Below are positions 16,901 to 25,600 of a stretch of 35,488 nucleotides of DNA, in pieces. The stretch's first letter is position 1; every line of letters starts with the position of its first letter. Where the stretch lies: positions 1-35,488 of IMG/VR virus record IMGVR_UViG_3300005805_000241; one strand, 5' to 3'. The translations under genes and the position numbers were made by a program. The stretch is from a virus. Lineage: Duplodnaviria; Caudoviricetes. The notes below the pieces were generated by a model. The model ran no database searches, was not told the origin of the DNA, and saw nothing but the letters and a program-made list of their open reading frames with translations.

Positions 16901-19900
16901 CAACTAGTGCTTTGTATGAAATCTCTGTAGTTAACTCTAATCAAAATACATCTTTAACTAGTTATCCATTCTTAACAGTAGAAGATAATATTGGAATTGG
17001 TACATTTGACACGAAATATAATGGAACTAACATAGATCTGGTATTTTATCCAGATTCTAAATTTACATCAAGTAGATTAGTTGTACAATCATTTAATGAA
17101 ATTTTCTATAGTCAATATGATTTTATTAATATACCGCCTAGTTTGGAATATGGATCATCTATAGAATCTGTTACTTCAACTAGATTTGACTCAGTTAATG
17201 GAAATAGAATTAAGGCAACATCATTTGAACTTTTCAATAAAGGATTTCCAATTTATGCTAAGAAATTTGATCCTTCAGATACTGAAGTTTTAAATCCAGT
17301 GACTGGTCAGTTTACAATTAAAAATCATTTCTTTAGTAACAAAGAAGAATTAATTTATAAAGCAGGATCAACATTTGATGGTGTAAGTGCAGTTTCTGTT
17401 GGTATAGGATCAACATTAAATTCTGTTGGGGTTGTTACAAATATATTACCAAGTCAAGTTTATGCTATCAAGATTGATAATGATAATTTTAAAATTTCAA
17501 CTAGGTTAGATTATGCTAATGCTGGAATATTTGTAACATTTACATCTCCAGGATCTGGAAATGCTCATGTTCTTGAAATGAATAAAAAACTTGAAAGATC
17601 TATTATTAGTATTGATGATGTTGTACAGTATCCATTATCTTATACTCCACTTAATTATAGACTAGTTAACAATAAAGGTTCAATTAGTTCGGGATCGACA
17701 ATATTTTCAGTTAGTGGAATTTCGTCTTTAGCACCTAAAGATATAATTAAAATTGATGATGAATTAATAAAAATTACAAGAATTGGAATAGGAACAACTA
17801 ATACCGGTCCAATTAGCGGAATTGGTACATACTTACTATTAGAAGTTGAAAGAGGATCTTTAGGATCTATTTCATCTTCACATACTGATAATACTGTTGG
17901 TAGAATTTATAGAGGATCATTTAATATTGTAGAAAATAATATTTACTTTGTTGATCCTCCTCTTGGACAACCAAATTCAAATGTAGACTCTGTTGACGAA
18001 AGTGGTCTTTTATTCCCAAGATCATCCTTCAATGGAAGAGTATTTTTAAGACAAGATTATAGTTCAAACCAATTGTATGATGATTTATCTTCACAATTTA
18101 CTGGAGTTGGACAAACTTTTAGACTAACTGTTAATGGATCAAATACTACAGGTATTGGAACTAGTGGTGGAAATGGAATAGTCTTTGTTAACAATGTATT
18201 CCAAACTCCTACAACTGAAAATAATCTGTTAAACAATTTTATTATCCTGGAAAATAAAATTGCAGGAATTTCAAGTATATCATTTACGGGAATAACCTCA
18301 TCAAATGGATCTATTATCACTAATAGTTCTGATGTAAATCAAAATCAATTACCTAGAAATGGATTAATTGTATCTTTAGGATCAACATCTGGATTGGGTT
18401 ATGCACCTTTAGTTGGAGCATCAGTTACCGCAATAGTTAATTCTGGAGTCATTATTTCTGTTGGAAGTGGTTCTAGTGATGTTAAAGGATCTGGATATTA
18501 TGGAAATGTTTCTGTTGCGGTTACAGAATCTGGACATACGGGAACTGGTGCTGTCATTACGGCCCAACCAGGTCCTGGTGGAGAATTATCCTTTACCGTT
18601 GTTAGTGGCGGTTCCGGATACGTTAGACCAACTATTAACGTATCTTCACCATCATATCAAAACTTACCAGTTATTGGTGTAAGTAGACTCGGTATAGGTA
18701 CAACAACTAGGACAGGAAATTCTTTACTTCTTGATGTAAATGTAGGTGCTAAAGCAACTACTGGAATAGGTTCTACATTATTTGAAGTCACTTCTTTCAA
18801 TATCACCAGACAAGGATATGGATTTAACATCGGAGATGTATTTACTCCAGTTGGATTAGTTACTGCTAAAGGTTTATCAAGTCCATTGAATAGATTTGAA
18901 TTAACTGTTTTAGATACTTTTACTGACAGTTTTGCAGCATGGCAATTTGGTGAATTGGATTATATTGATTCGATCAAAAATCTTCAAGATAGTGTAAGAA
19001 CAAGATTCCCATTATTCTATAATTCCCAATTATTAAGTTTTGAAATTGATCCTAATGACAACAATGCTTCTGATATTGATCTAAATTATATTCTTGTCAT
19101 TTTTATAAATGGTATTTTACAACAACCAGGGCAATCATATCAATTTGATGGAGGATCTACATTCACATTTACAGATCCTCCAAAATCTGAAGATAATATT
19201 GCAATATTCTTCTATAGAGGAAGCAGAGATATTGATAGTCAAATTGTTTCGGTAAATGAGACCTTAAAAATTGGTGATAGTGTAAGATTAACTAAAAATA
19301 ATAATATACCATCAACAATTACTCAAGAAAAAAGAGTTATTTCTTCTATAGAATCTTCAGATAGTATAGAGACTGATATTTACTTGGGTGATGGAATTGA
19401 TTCTGAAAATTATAAACCTCTTACATGGTCTAAACAAAAAGTAGATAAAAATATTGATGGAATTGATGTTTATAAATCTAGAGATTCTATAGAAACCCAA
19501 ATTTATCCAACTTCAAAATTAATTTCAAACTTAAACACAAATTCAACCGAAATTTTTGTAGATAATGCAAGATTCTTCAATTATGAAAATCCAGCAGTTG
19601 TTAAATTTGGTTCTTTAGTAATTGATTCCACTACTTATGTTTCTGGTCTTGTTACTGCCACTGTTGGTGCAGGTGGAACTATATCAAACTTAACTATTAA
19701 CAATGCTGGAAGTGGATATACTGGAGCATCTGTGATTGCAAAATTTGCCGCTCCTACCGAAGTAAGTATGGCTCTTATGAGTGAAAACTTATTTACTTTT
19801 AGTCAACAGTTTGAAACTGGTTGGACTAGAGTGAACATTACATCATTTGCTTCAAATACAGTAATTGCTCCAGATGGAACATTGACTGCTGATGTTGTTA

Positions 19901-20982
19901 GTAACACTCCAAATGCTCATTCTTATGTTGGAAAATTTACACGTATTCTCAATAATACAACATATACTGCTAGTGTATACGTAAAACCTCTTACTACAAA
20001 TAAGATTATTGCTTTTGAATGGGGAAATCCAACTCCTGCTTTTGTCAATGGAACATTTAATTTAAGTACATTAACATCTACTGGAGTTGGAGTTAGAACA
20101 ATAACTCCTTTAGATGATGGATGGTATAGAATAACACAAACATTTACAACAGGATCCATAGGAAATCCATCATTTAATGTTATTGCCTATGTTGGCGCTT
20201 ATGGTAGTACTTCCGATAGTGTATCTTTTGCTTTATGGGGAGCACAATTGGAAAGAGGTTCAGTAGCAACTGAGTACACACCTACAACAAGTGCTGCCGT
20301 TATAAGACCTGTAATGGGTGCAAGTGCAACTGCAACAGCAACCATATCCATAGTTAATGGATCTTTATCTACACCTATTAATATCACAAATGCTGGATTT
20401 GGTTACATGCATCAAAATCCACCAAGAGTTATAATTGAAACTCCAAAACCATCTTATGAAAATATTATTGATATTACAGATGTTAAAGGATTCTCTGGAA
20501 TTATAACTGGTATTTCAACTACTGCAGGTGTTAATGGAGGATCATTAGCAATTAAATTTAATCTTGATCTTACTGGAGTAACAAATCCTGAATTTTTACA
20601 AAATGGTTATCCTATTTTCGTTAATGATACTTTAGTTGGAAAAGGTGTAACATCAGTATACACAAGTAATTCTAGTGTAGTTGGACTGGGGACTACTTTT
20701 GCAAATAATATTTACATTGTTCAACAATATACATATAATACTGGAAATAATACTGGAATTATTACATCAAATATTGATTCTAGAACAAATATCGTTGGAT
20801 TAACTACTTCGGGAATTTGTGGAAAATTCTCTTGGGGTAGACTTTCTGGATTTGCAGGAAGAACTAATCCAGTTTCCATAGGAGTTACTGGAAGAGTTGT
20901 TGATGTGGGATTATCGACATTCCCAGTTGTTCAACGAAGAAATTATGGTCTTAGAGATACTGGTGCTATTACAAAACAATAA
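7924..20982 (+). CDS. gp7: Giant baseplate wedge initiator (gp7-like), 4352 aa
   Basis: Between gp6 and gp8; N-terminal IENQLPEF...FLKQYY and FYQAKGTPESFRILF; DNDYYQNLSYTVKS...LLHPVGLKNF; many G-x-G-Y beta repeats; YHYH-like segment; two CBM-like inserts. Confidence 0.85.
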   Translation: MTAPGFDTRIKIQEIIENQLPEFILDENPKVSEFLKQYYVSQEYQGGSYDIVENLDQYLKLDYLIPEIIQGSYTLTQDISSEDTTISVSSTKGFPDKYGLLKIDDEIITYTEKTDTTFTGCVRGFSGVTNYQNNLNTEELVFSTSVASAHSEDSSIENLSSLFLKEFYKKIKFLLTPGLEDVDFVPELNVGNFIKEVKSFYQAKGTPESFRILFNVLYNVTPKVVDLEQFLIKPSAATYIRRENVIAERVSGDPSRLVGQTIIKNSDPTSFASVSAVEIFSRSGKTYYKLSLFVGFDLTSKVEGNFTIIPKTKVLDTISVGSEVISVDSTIGFDDSGTLICGNNIVTYTDKSINQFFGCSGITEQIEIASDITTDDYYYGYENGDITKKVELRISGILADLIPNDKIYSYKENEEIFVRSLGKIIDNPIENKDYAHIFSNSWNYNTKTRYEILNSDFVLLSPIDKSSLKPGDKVDILIKGSQTIVSNESNPPFVSEDGVDYETNQVFLDNLGSFVYDETKKYEIRRRVNKASSSTIPIKYGNNELISDIQNLYDDNDGHYYVASNSLPSYEITKPLIEKSIPEASGTPANLGYIQGYSENTGKYSIISFDTPVEFITGDRVYYQPENDPIPGLTEGFYFVEVVEPNKIRLYFSNSFILGFRYIEFQPLNDSSGSHNFILEPQKPRLLSSQKLLRKFPNHPVSPAESNNEILENSSVGMLVNGVELKNYKSTSKIYYGPIESVDVLSGGSDYDVINAPKIELGSPNQSGITALINPSLIGSFKEVSIVPTEINANYNVQISVTGGNGSGASLIPIIENRYRYISFDARKETNSGGVDTALDTITFLNKHELVTGDRIIYDSNGNPELGINPFGSPDNVVTSQTLNNRTIYYTKVLNDTTIQLYNSELDLRVGLNTVGFSTTNTLGIHRFRTSDRRRILTDIKVLEGGTYENKELIINPTGISTISDSIYFKNHNLKDKDLIKYTYQTKRISGINTNTLYSVTVLDEDNFKLSETGYQNPSENLLQYSEDFSNSYWTKANVGITSMAAIAPDGTKTADLITANTVNAPHNIARGGIYENGKVYTISIFVKKNGSYKYVQFSGNGSQANNEGAIFDIESGIIYAPTTNVVYQDSEIEYFGNGWYRCSVVYNTVHVSNAFAFNIFNTISFGSNTFAGDNTGVYIWGAQVEEGNRISSTLSAYIKTTDFTRARGIIESNSIDYDRKKYVNLRSTGSGYQYFKYPEIQVSVSCVGFGTDNFKNLEVYPTVSGKINGCYVYESGSNYGSHILNLHKKPIATIKTGEDAQLKPIITNGTIERVQIQFSGSNYYSTPELLINGDGVNAKIKAVISNGKVVNVVIINPGSGYTEKNTSITVVSAGKGALLDSSVRSLTVNNNSRFGSEVIIQGEEDLKYSICSYNDSLREKFGDLDSNTHSPIIGWSYDGNPIYGAFGYSDPEDSNSSIKLITSSYTLNVNNVKNRPVDFPSGFFVEDYVFDGSGDLDVSNGRYCRTPEFPNGVYAYFSTLSPSGTSGVYIPRFPYFVGEKYKSEYISDNSSLSQDFDFNNSSLIRNTLPYKVSDSFAGNEFLIESGDIQRQKAVIDASSKGSVDGFNIIRGGDKYKVADQVILESNKITGSEVLAKISSIKGKSVVSIASSVKSYNDAVFTWKDSDRVEVFILPNHDLKDKDNIVVSGFSTYLSKLNRSFSIEVDTQRAVLTKNIPSNAVSGIVTDVFVSSIPNNISIGSSFSIGTEVLPVLDIFPSQRVIRTKRNSPAVGYSTSTEVSYLPNSFIISVSSKSFESNPNIKVLFNPLESIGLGTVTGIASTTTYKFDSQTFDRSLLTRSVFLRNHPFETNQKVTFRKPSGTNSLGVSTSSSGPVFSLPVSGNTETLYVVNKSANYIGLKTSLSSDELFFITNGSNNYEYSIESNFDQYLGNLVRSLVVVSTAQTHGLIVNDKVTLSVEPNLSVGIGTSTSVNVQLDKFANKLLINPIGFSSSAIDTGSGVITINNHGFKTGDKVYYYAKDKLASGLSSSTYFVYKIDSNRFNLSETLTDSLVSPPNIVSIGSTGGKNQVLSLVNPQIDAIEGNDLIFNVSDSSLLGYEFGIYIDSNFKNRYQKSLDKNSFIVSGVGTIGVTSTAYVSIAHTSGVPNKLYYTLEKSGISTSVDYEVVNYSTISFTPSLYNRTYSVKDVSSDKFTLTTDIIPENTPYNSTNTSSLKYTTTSKVANGEINDIEIVASSSNFKDIPSVISIASTQGSGAYIIPTSSDIGKPNSLRIVNQLFEYGSDKTLRPTAKIPKILTLESKDTIKSITVDDGGKNYSYPPKLRLVNSRTRQLIEESAINPVLSSNTIVSLDISYNPKGLENVTHELYAIDNSNGIRINKVESSKSGIVTCYLRTPINGLPANLFSDGDKIFVEGIQIIDGSGTGLNSVENGYNFFTVPVGGYTNSNPAILEYNISGFTTNPGIAKTSQTSFASVIKYSDYPKFTVNQENINFKQGEQLLVRLNNNFELQDLKVVESKDTGIRVLGTYNLKSGDIIKGDSTGVIATINSIKNRTGQFEVDYSNKNNSQWEDNSGYLNQDVQLLSDNDYYQNLSYTVKSPLEFEDLISNVNSLLHPVGLKNFADTEIKSVTNVPDIIGITTETIIRDIVDESLRVDDVNNFDLAIDLNPTEFSSKLIKLKNKRLSSFIKCSTNKVLEIDDIGRLFSNNEVSDENTIISNLISYPFAESFNRFLIQTTSTSTGDVQLTELVVLTDKVENVFSLEKNILSSSDEKLSDISAYVTEKKEVGLKFDPVDPYDTDYNVKFIKTTFDQTSGIGSTSFGFANLLSNNQTISGINTESIVEFPGDSIQSLYANVEIFDEINNDLDFVDIYLTYNGNDTYIANYYFDSEQSTGNFSSNISGDFNAKVESGVLKLEYYNKLDRMINLRSKIIGIGSTASGIGTYRFKNVGELNGFEKTAKYESQYSVISGITTVLSLNKETFSSYKSFTKVGVGSTSALYEISVVNSNQNTSLTSYPFLTVEDNIGIGTFDTKYNGTNIDLVFYPDSKFTSSRLVVQSFNEIFYSQYDFINIPPSLEYGSSIESVTSTRFDSVNGNRIKATSFELFNKGFPIYAKKFDPSDTEVLNPVTGQFTIKNHFFSNKEELIYKAGSTFDGVSAVSVGIGSTLNSVGVVTNILPSQVYAIKIDNDNFKISTRLDYANAGIFVTFTSPGSGNAHVLEMNKKLERSIISIDDVVQYPLSYTPLNYRLVNNKGSISSGSTIFSVSGISSLAPKDIIKIDDELIKITRIGIGTTNTGPISGIGTYLLLEVERGSLGSISSSHTDNTVGRIYRGSFNIVENNIYFVDPPLGQPNSNVDSVDESGLLFPRSSFNGRVFLRQDYSSNQLYDDLSSQFTGVGQTFRLTVNGSNTTGIGTSGGNGIVFVNNVFQTPTTENNLLNNFIILENKIAGISSISFTGITSSNGSIITNSSDVNQNQLPRNGLIVSLGSTSGLGYAPLVGASVTAIVNSGVIISVGSGSSDVKGSGYYGNVSVAVTESGHTGTGAVITAQPGPGGELSFTVVSGGSGYVRPTINVSSPSYQNLPVIGVSRLGIGTTTRTGNSLLLDVNVGAKATTGIGSTLFEVTSFNITRQGYGFNIGDVFTPVGLVTAKGLSSPLNRFELTVLDTFTDSFAAWQFGELDYIDSIKNLQDSVRTRFPLFYNSQLLSFEIDPNDNNASDIDLNYILVIFINGILQQPGQSYQFDGGSTFTFTDPPKSEDNIAIFFYRGSRDIDSQIVSVNETLKIGDSVRLTKNNNIPSTITQEKRVISSIESSDSIETDIYLGDGIDSENYKPLTWSKQKVDKNIDGIDVYKSRDSIETQIYPTSKLISNLNTNSTEIFVDNARFFNYENPAVVKFGSLVIDSTTYVSGLVTATVGAGGTISNLTINNAGSGYTGASVIAKFAAPTEVSMALMSENLFTFSQQFETGWTRVNITSFASNTVIAPDGTLTADVVSNTPNAHSYVGKFTRILNNTTYTASVYVKPLTTNKIIAFEWGNPTPAFVNGTFNLSTLTSTGVGVRTITPLDDGWYRITQTFTTGSIGNPSFNVIAYVGAYGSTSDSVSFALWGAQLERGSVATEYTPTTSAAVIRPVMGASATATATISIVNGSLSTPINITNAGFGYMHQNPPRVIIETPKPSYENIIDITDVKGFSGIITGISTTAGVNGGSLAIKFNLDLTGVTNPEFLQNGYPIFVNDTLVGKGVTSVYTSNSSVVGLGTTFANNIYIVQQYTYNTGNNTGIITSNIDSRTNIVGLTTSGICGKFSWGRLSGFAGRTNPVSIGVTGRVVDVGLSTFPVVQRRNYGLRDTGAITKQ
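10981..11529 (+). other. Inserted beta-sandwich (CBM/galactose-binding-like) module 1 in gp7
   Basis: ENLLQYSEDF..W..APDGTKTAD..YTISIFVK..GWYRCS..IWGAQVEEG..YIKTT. Confidence 0.7.
12205..12540 (+). other. YHYH-family-like domain segment in gp7
   Basis: HSPIIGWSYDGNPIYG...GDLDVSNGRYCRTPEFPNGVYAYF...FPYFVG. Confidence 0.65.
19783..20289 (+). other. Inserted beta-sandwich (CBM-like) module 2 in gp7
   Basis: ENLFTFSQQF..W..APDGTLTAD..YTASVYVK..GWYRIT..LWGAQLERG..YTPTT. Confidence 0.7.
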
Positions 20983-20991
20983 AATAGCAAA

Positions 20992-20999
20992 TATAAATA
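20992..20999 (+). promoter_or_regulatory. T4-type late promoter
   Basis: Exact TATAAATA, intergenic before gp8. Confidence 0.85.
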
Positions 21000-21020
21000 T
21001 AGAAAAAAGACTACAATAAA

Positions 21021-22607
21021 ATGGCGTCAATTGTAACAGACCAATTTAGGATATTTAATACATCTAATTTTATAGATTCAATTAATAATTCCCAAAATTC
21101 TTATTATGTGTTCTTAGGATTTTCTAATCCAACTGTTGGATTTGGAGGAACTTCAAATTGGGATTCTAATACACCCAGTCCTATTGACTCATTTGATTAT
21201 ATGAGTCATTATGAAGATACTTCAATATTTGGTAAAAAAATAACAATTGACAATGTAAGAAGAGTAATTAGAAGAATAAATTGGACTAGTGGGACAAAAT
21301 ATGAAATTTATAGACATGATTATAGTATTTCAAATCGTTCAGCATTAACACAATCTTCTAGATTGTATGATGCAAATTATTATGTAATTAATTCTGATTT
21401 TAGAGTTTATATTTGTATTGATAATGGATCATCGGAAACTAATCCTACAGGAAATGCCTCCCAAGATGAACCAAAATTTACTGATTTAGAACCATCAAAA
21501 GCCGGTGAAAGTGGAGATGGTTATGTTTGGAAGTACTTATTTACAATATCTCCAAGTGATATTATAAAATTCGATTCTACTGAATATATAACTTTACCTA
21601 ATAATTGGGAAACATCAACAGATGCTCAAATAATTTCTGTTAGGGAAAGTGGAGATTCTTCAATTAATGACAACCAAATTAAAAAAGTTTATATTGAAAA
21701 AAGAGGATCTAACTATAGAAGTGGGTCTGGACAAGTTTTTAATATCTTAGGTGATGGATCTGGAGCAACTGTTTCTGTTGATGTAAATACTTCAGGGCAA
21801 ATAGATAGTGTAAACGTAACTTCTGGTGGTAAAGGTTATACTTACGGTATTGTTGATTTGGGATCAATATCACCAACTTCAGCAAATTCTGCAGATGCTG
21901 CAAAATTAGTTACAATCATTCCACCTTCAAAAGGTCATGGTTATGATTTATATAAAGAACTTGGTGCTGATAAAGTATTAATTTATGCTAGATTTGATGA
22001 TTCTACCAAGGATTTTCCAATTGATGCTAAATTTTCTCAAATAGGAATTATTAAGAATCCAACTTCTTTTGGATCTACTGCAATCTTTACAGACCCTCAA
22101 TATTCTGCTTTAGGTTCTATTAAATTTTCTCCAGAATCAGGTGGAGTTACTGGAACTGTTTCTGTTGGTACAAAGATTAAACAAGTTGTAACAAATTCAA
22201 GTGGAGTTGCGATTGGAACTGCCTTTGGTTATGTAGCATCTTATGATACTCAAACAAAAGTTTTAAAATACTATCAAGATAGAAGATTAAATTATAATCC
22301 TTCTACAAATGATCAAACTGATTATGCTACAGTTTCTAACTTGGGTAATAGATTAAGTTTTCAATCATCAGCAAATCCAGTAAAGAGTGATGATGATTCA
22401 TTTACAGGTACTATTGATACTGGATATACTGGTATTACTACTACAATTAATGGTGCTATTATAAATCTTGGATCACAATTTGTCCAAGGTATCTCTAATC
22501 CAGAGATAAATAAAACATCTGGAGACATAATTTATATTAGCAACAGACCTCTTGTTTCAAGAAACTCTAGACAAAAAGAAGACGTTAAAATTATCCTGGA
22601 ATTCTAA
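21021..22607 (+). CDS. gp8: Baseplate wedge subunit gp8
   Basis: RRINW, YYVINSDFRVYICIDN, GDGYVWKYLFTI, SGDIIYISNR...QKEDVKIILEF. Confidence 0.93.
   Translation: MASIVTDQFRIFNTSNFIDSINNSQNSYYVFLGFSNPTVGFGGTSNWDSNTPSPIDSFDYMSHYEDTSIFGKKITIDNVRRVIRRINWTSGTKYEIYRHDYSISNRSALTQSSRLYDANYYVINSDFRVYICIDNGSSETNPTGNASQDEPKFTDLEPSKAGESGDGYVWKYLFTISPSDIIKFDSTEYITLPNNWETSTDAQIISVRESGDSSINDNQIKKVYIEKRGSNYRSGSGQVFNILGDGSGATVSVDVNTSGQIDSVNVTSGGKGYTYGIVDLGSISPTSANSADAAKLVTIIPPSKGHGYDLYKELGADKVLIYARFDDSTKDFPIDAKFSQIGIIKNPTSFGSTAIFTDPQYSALGSIKFSPESGGVTGTVSVGTKIKQVVTNSSGVAIGTAFGYVASYDTQTKVLKYYQDRRLNYNPSTNDQTDYATVSNLGNRLSFQSSANPVKSDDDSFTGTIDTGYTGITTTINGAIINLGSQFVQGISNPEINKTSGDIIYISNRPLVSRNSRQKEDVKIILEF
22505..22512 (+). 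promoter_or_regulatory. Possible internal late promoter for the VrlC-like gene
   Basis: GATAAATA about 100 nt upstream of 22611. Confidence 0.4.
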
Positions 22608-22610
22608 AAA

Positions 22611-25600
22611 ATGGCGCAAAAAACAGATCTTAATGTTAGTCCATATTTTGACGATTTTAGTTCAGATAAGAACTTTTATAAAGTCTTATTTAATCCAGGC
22701 CGTCCAATTCAGGCAAGAGAACTTACAACATTACAATCAATATTACAAAATCAATTAGAATCTTTTGGTAGTAATATTTTCCAAGAGGGATCTGTAGTAG
22801 TTCCCGGAAATATAGTTTATGATTCTAATTTCAATTCTATAAAATTAAATCCATTAAATTTTGGAATTGATGTTTCTTTATACGTAGATCAACTAGTTGG
22901 TAAAACTGTTGTTGGTGAAACTTCTGGAGTTACTGCAGTTGTTCAATTTGTTGCACTTCCAGATAATAAAGATGTAACTGACATAACAATATATGTAAAG
23001 TATTCTAATTCGGATACTGATTTTAATATCACTCCGTTTTTGGATGGAGAATCCTTAACTTGTCTTGAAGATATTACTTATGGATTAACAACAATTACTG
23101 CAGGTACAGTATTTGCATCGTTAATAAGTTTAAATGCTTCTTCAGTAGGTTCTTCCGCATCAATCGGAGATGGAATTTACTTTATAAGAGGTTATTTTGT
23201 AAAAGTAAATAAGCAAACAATTATTTTAGATTACTATACAAATACACCTTCATATAGAGTAGGATTAAGAGTTACCGAAGACATTGTAACTCCTAATGAT
23301 GATCCCAGTCTATTTGATAATGCAAAAGGATTTAATAATTTTTCAGCACCTGGTGCGGATAGATTTAAAATAAGTTTAACTTTATCTAAAAAATCTATTG
23401 ATGATATTAATGATGTAGATTTCGTTGAAATTTTAAGAGTAGAAGATGGTAGAATTAAAAAACTTGAAGAAAAGTCAAATTATTCAATTGTTAGAGATTA
23501 TTTGGCACAAAGAACATATGATGAATCCGGAGATTATGCAGTAGAAAAATTTAACATATCACTGCATGATTCTTTAAATGATAGACTTGGTAATGATGGT
23601 CTATTTTTTGATACTGAAACTACAAGTTTTGGAAATGAACCTTCAGATGATTTATTGTGTGTTAAAATATCTCCAGGAAAAGCTTATGTTAGGGGATATG
23701 ATATAAACAAGTTAGGTACAACAATACTTGACGTAGAAAAACCAAGAGATACTAGGTTTGTACCTTTCTCTAATGTTTTCTTTGAGATGGGAAATCTCAT
23801 CAAAGTTAACAATGTTTATGGAACCGCAAGAGAAAAAGCGACTATAGGTCTTTATAGTCAAAGAAGAGACGGAACTACTACTCCTCAAGGAACAAAAATA
23901 GGAGATGCTAGGGTATATAAATTTTCATTAACTGACGAAAGTTATATTAGTGCCATTACCGATTTTAATCTGTATTTGTATGATGTTCAAACTTATACTA
24001 CGTTAACATTAGATCAAAATTTATCAAATACTCAACTACCAGCAACTTCATTTGTTAAAGGAAAAAGTAGTGGTGCTACTGGATATGCAGTTTCTGCTGG
24101 AAATGATACCACAACAGTAACATTAAGACAAACATCAGGTTCATTTCTTAATGGAGAATCAATTATAATAAATGGTGTTGAAATATATCCAAGATCTATT
24201 AATGGTATTGTAGTTTATAGTACTAAGGACATAAAATCGGCATATCAAGCAGCAGCAGCAGGGTTTACTGATTTTATTTGTGATGTAACATTAGAAAATA
24301 CTTCAATAGGAGATGAAATTACTATACGCTCAGATGGAAATGCGTTTTCACCAGTTCCTTTATCAGGAGTTAAAGTAAATGATATTATTAGATATAATAT
24401 ACCTGGAATTTCGACAGTAACTTATAATAGAGTTGCAGGTATTAATGTTAATTCTACGGTATTGACATTAAATACCGTAACTTCAGTTCCAGGTCTTTGT
24501 TTAGGAGACTATCCAACGGGAGAAATACAAACCAATTTTACCGTTGTTGGAACAGAAATTAGCAACCAGGAAAAGGGATATCTTTATTCAGAATTAGTAG
24601 ATTCTTACATAGAATCTTTAAATTTAAGTAATTCTACTGTATTAATTTCATCACAAATAACAGGAAAGAATGTATCTTCTAATAGTTTAACTTTAAGTTT
24701 GTCAGATGTTTCTGGAATAACAAGTGCATTTTTCCAACCATATATTAATCAAAGATATTCGGTTCATTATTCGGATGGGACTATTGATAAACTAACTTCC
24801 GATCAAGTCGTTGTTACTGGAAGTCAAGTTCAATTAAATAATTTAGATAAAGCAAGTGATTCCAATGTAGTAGTAAATGTTACTTTGGCAAAAAATGGAC
24901 TTCAAAGTAAAATAAAACAGTTTAACAGAAGTAGAACCCTATCTATTTCTTTATCAAAAAATCCAGAATCTGGAAGTAATCTAGGATCATCGATAAATGA
25001 TGGTTTAACATACAATCAATATTATGGTTTAAGAGTTCAAGATGAAGAAATTTGTTTAAATTATCCAGATGTTTCTGAAGTTATTTCAGTATATGAATCT
25101 TTAGATTCTTCTGATCCAGTTTTGGATAAAATAACATTTAATACAAATGAAAATGTTACTCAAAATGCTATAATTGGAGAAAACTTTGTAGGTCAAACAA
25201 GTAAAGCAATAGGTAGAGTAGTATCAAAACCATCAGGAGAATTAGATACTCTTAGTGTAGTTTATTTAAGTTCTGCAAGATTTTTAGAGAACGAATTTGT
25301 AATATTCAAAGATTCTAACATAGTTTCCGATATCAAGTCTATTACAGCGGGAAGATATAAAGATATTACAAACAATTTTGCTTTGGATAAAGGACAAAGA
25401 GATCAATATTATGATTATTCCAGACTTGTAAGAGGGCAAAACTATCCAGAACCTGCCAGAAAATTATTTGTCGTATTTGATTATTATTCGGTCCCTTCAA
25501 ATGATAGGGGTGACGTATTTACTGTTTTAAGTTATGATAAGGATAGATATACTAAGGATATTCCATTAATAGGTAGTAGAAATTATAGATCTTCTGATGT

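Noticed and set aside
10981-20289. Diversity-generating retroelement TR/VR pair formed by the duplicated modules
   Set aside because: The copies differ by indels and at all base types rather than only adenines, and there is no reverse transcriptase in the window
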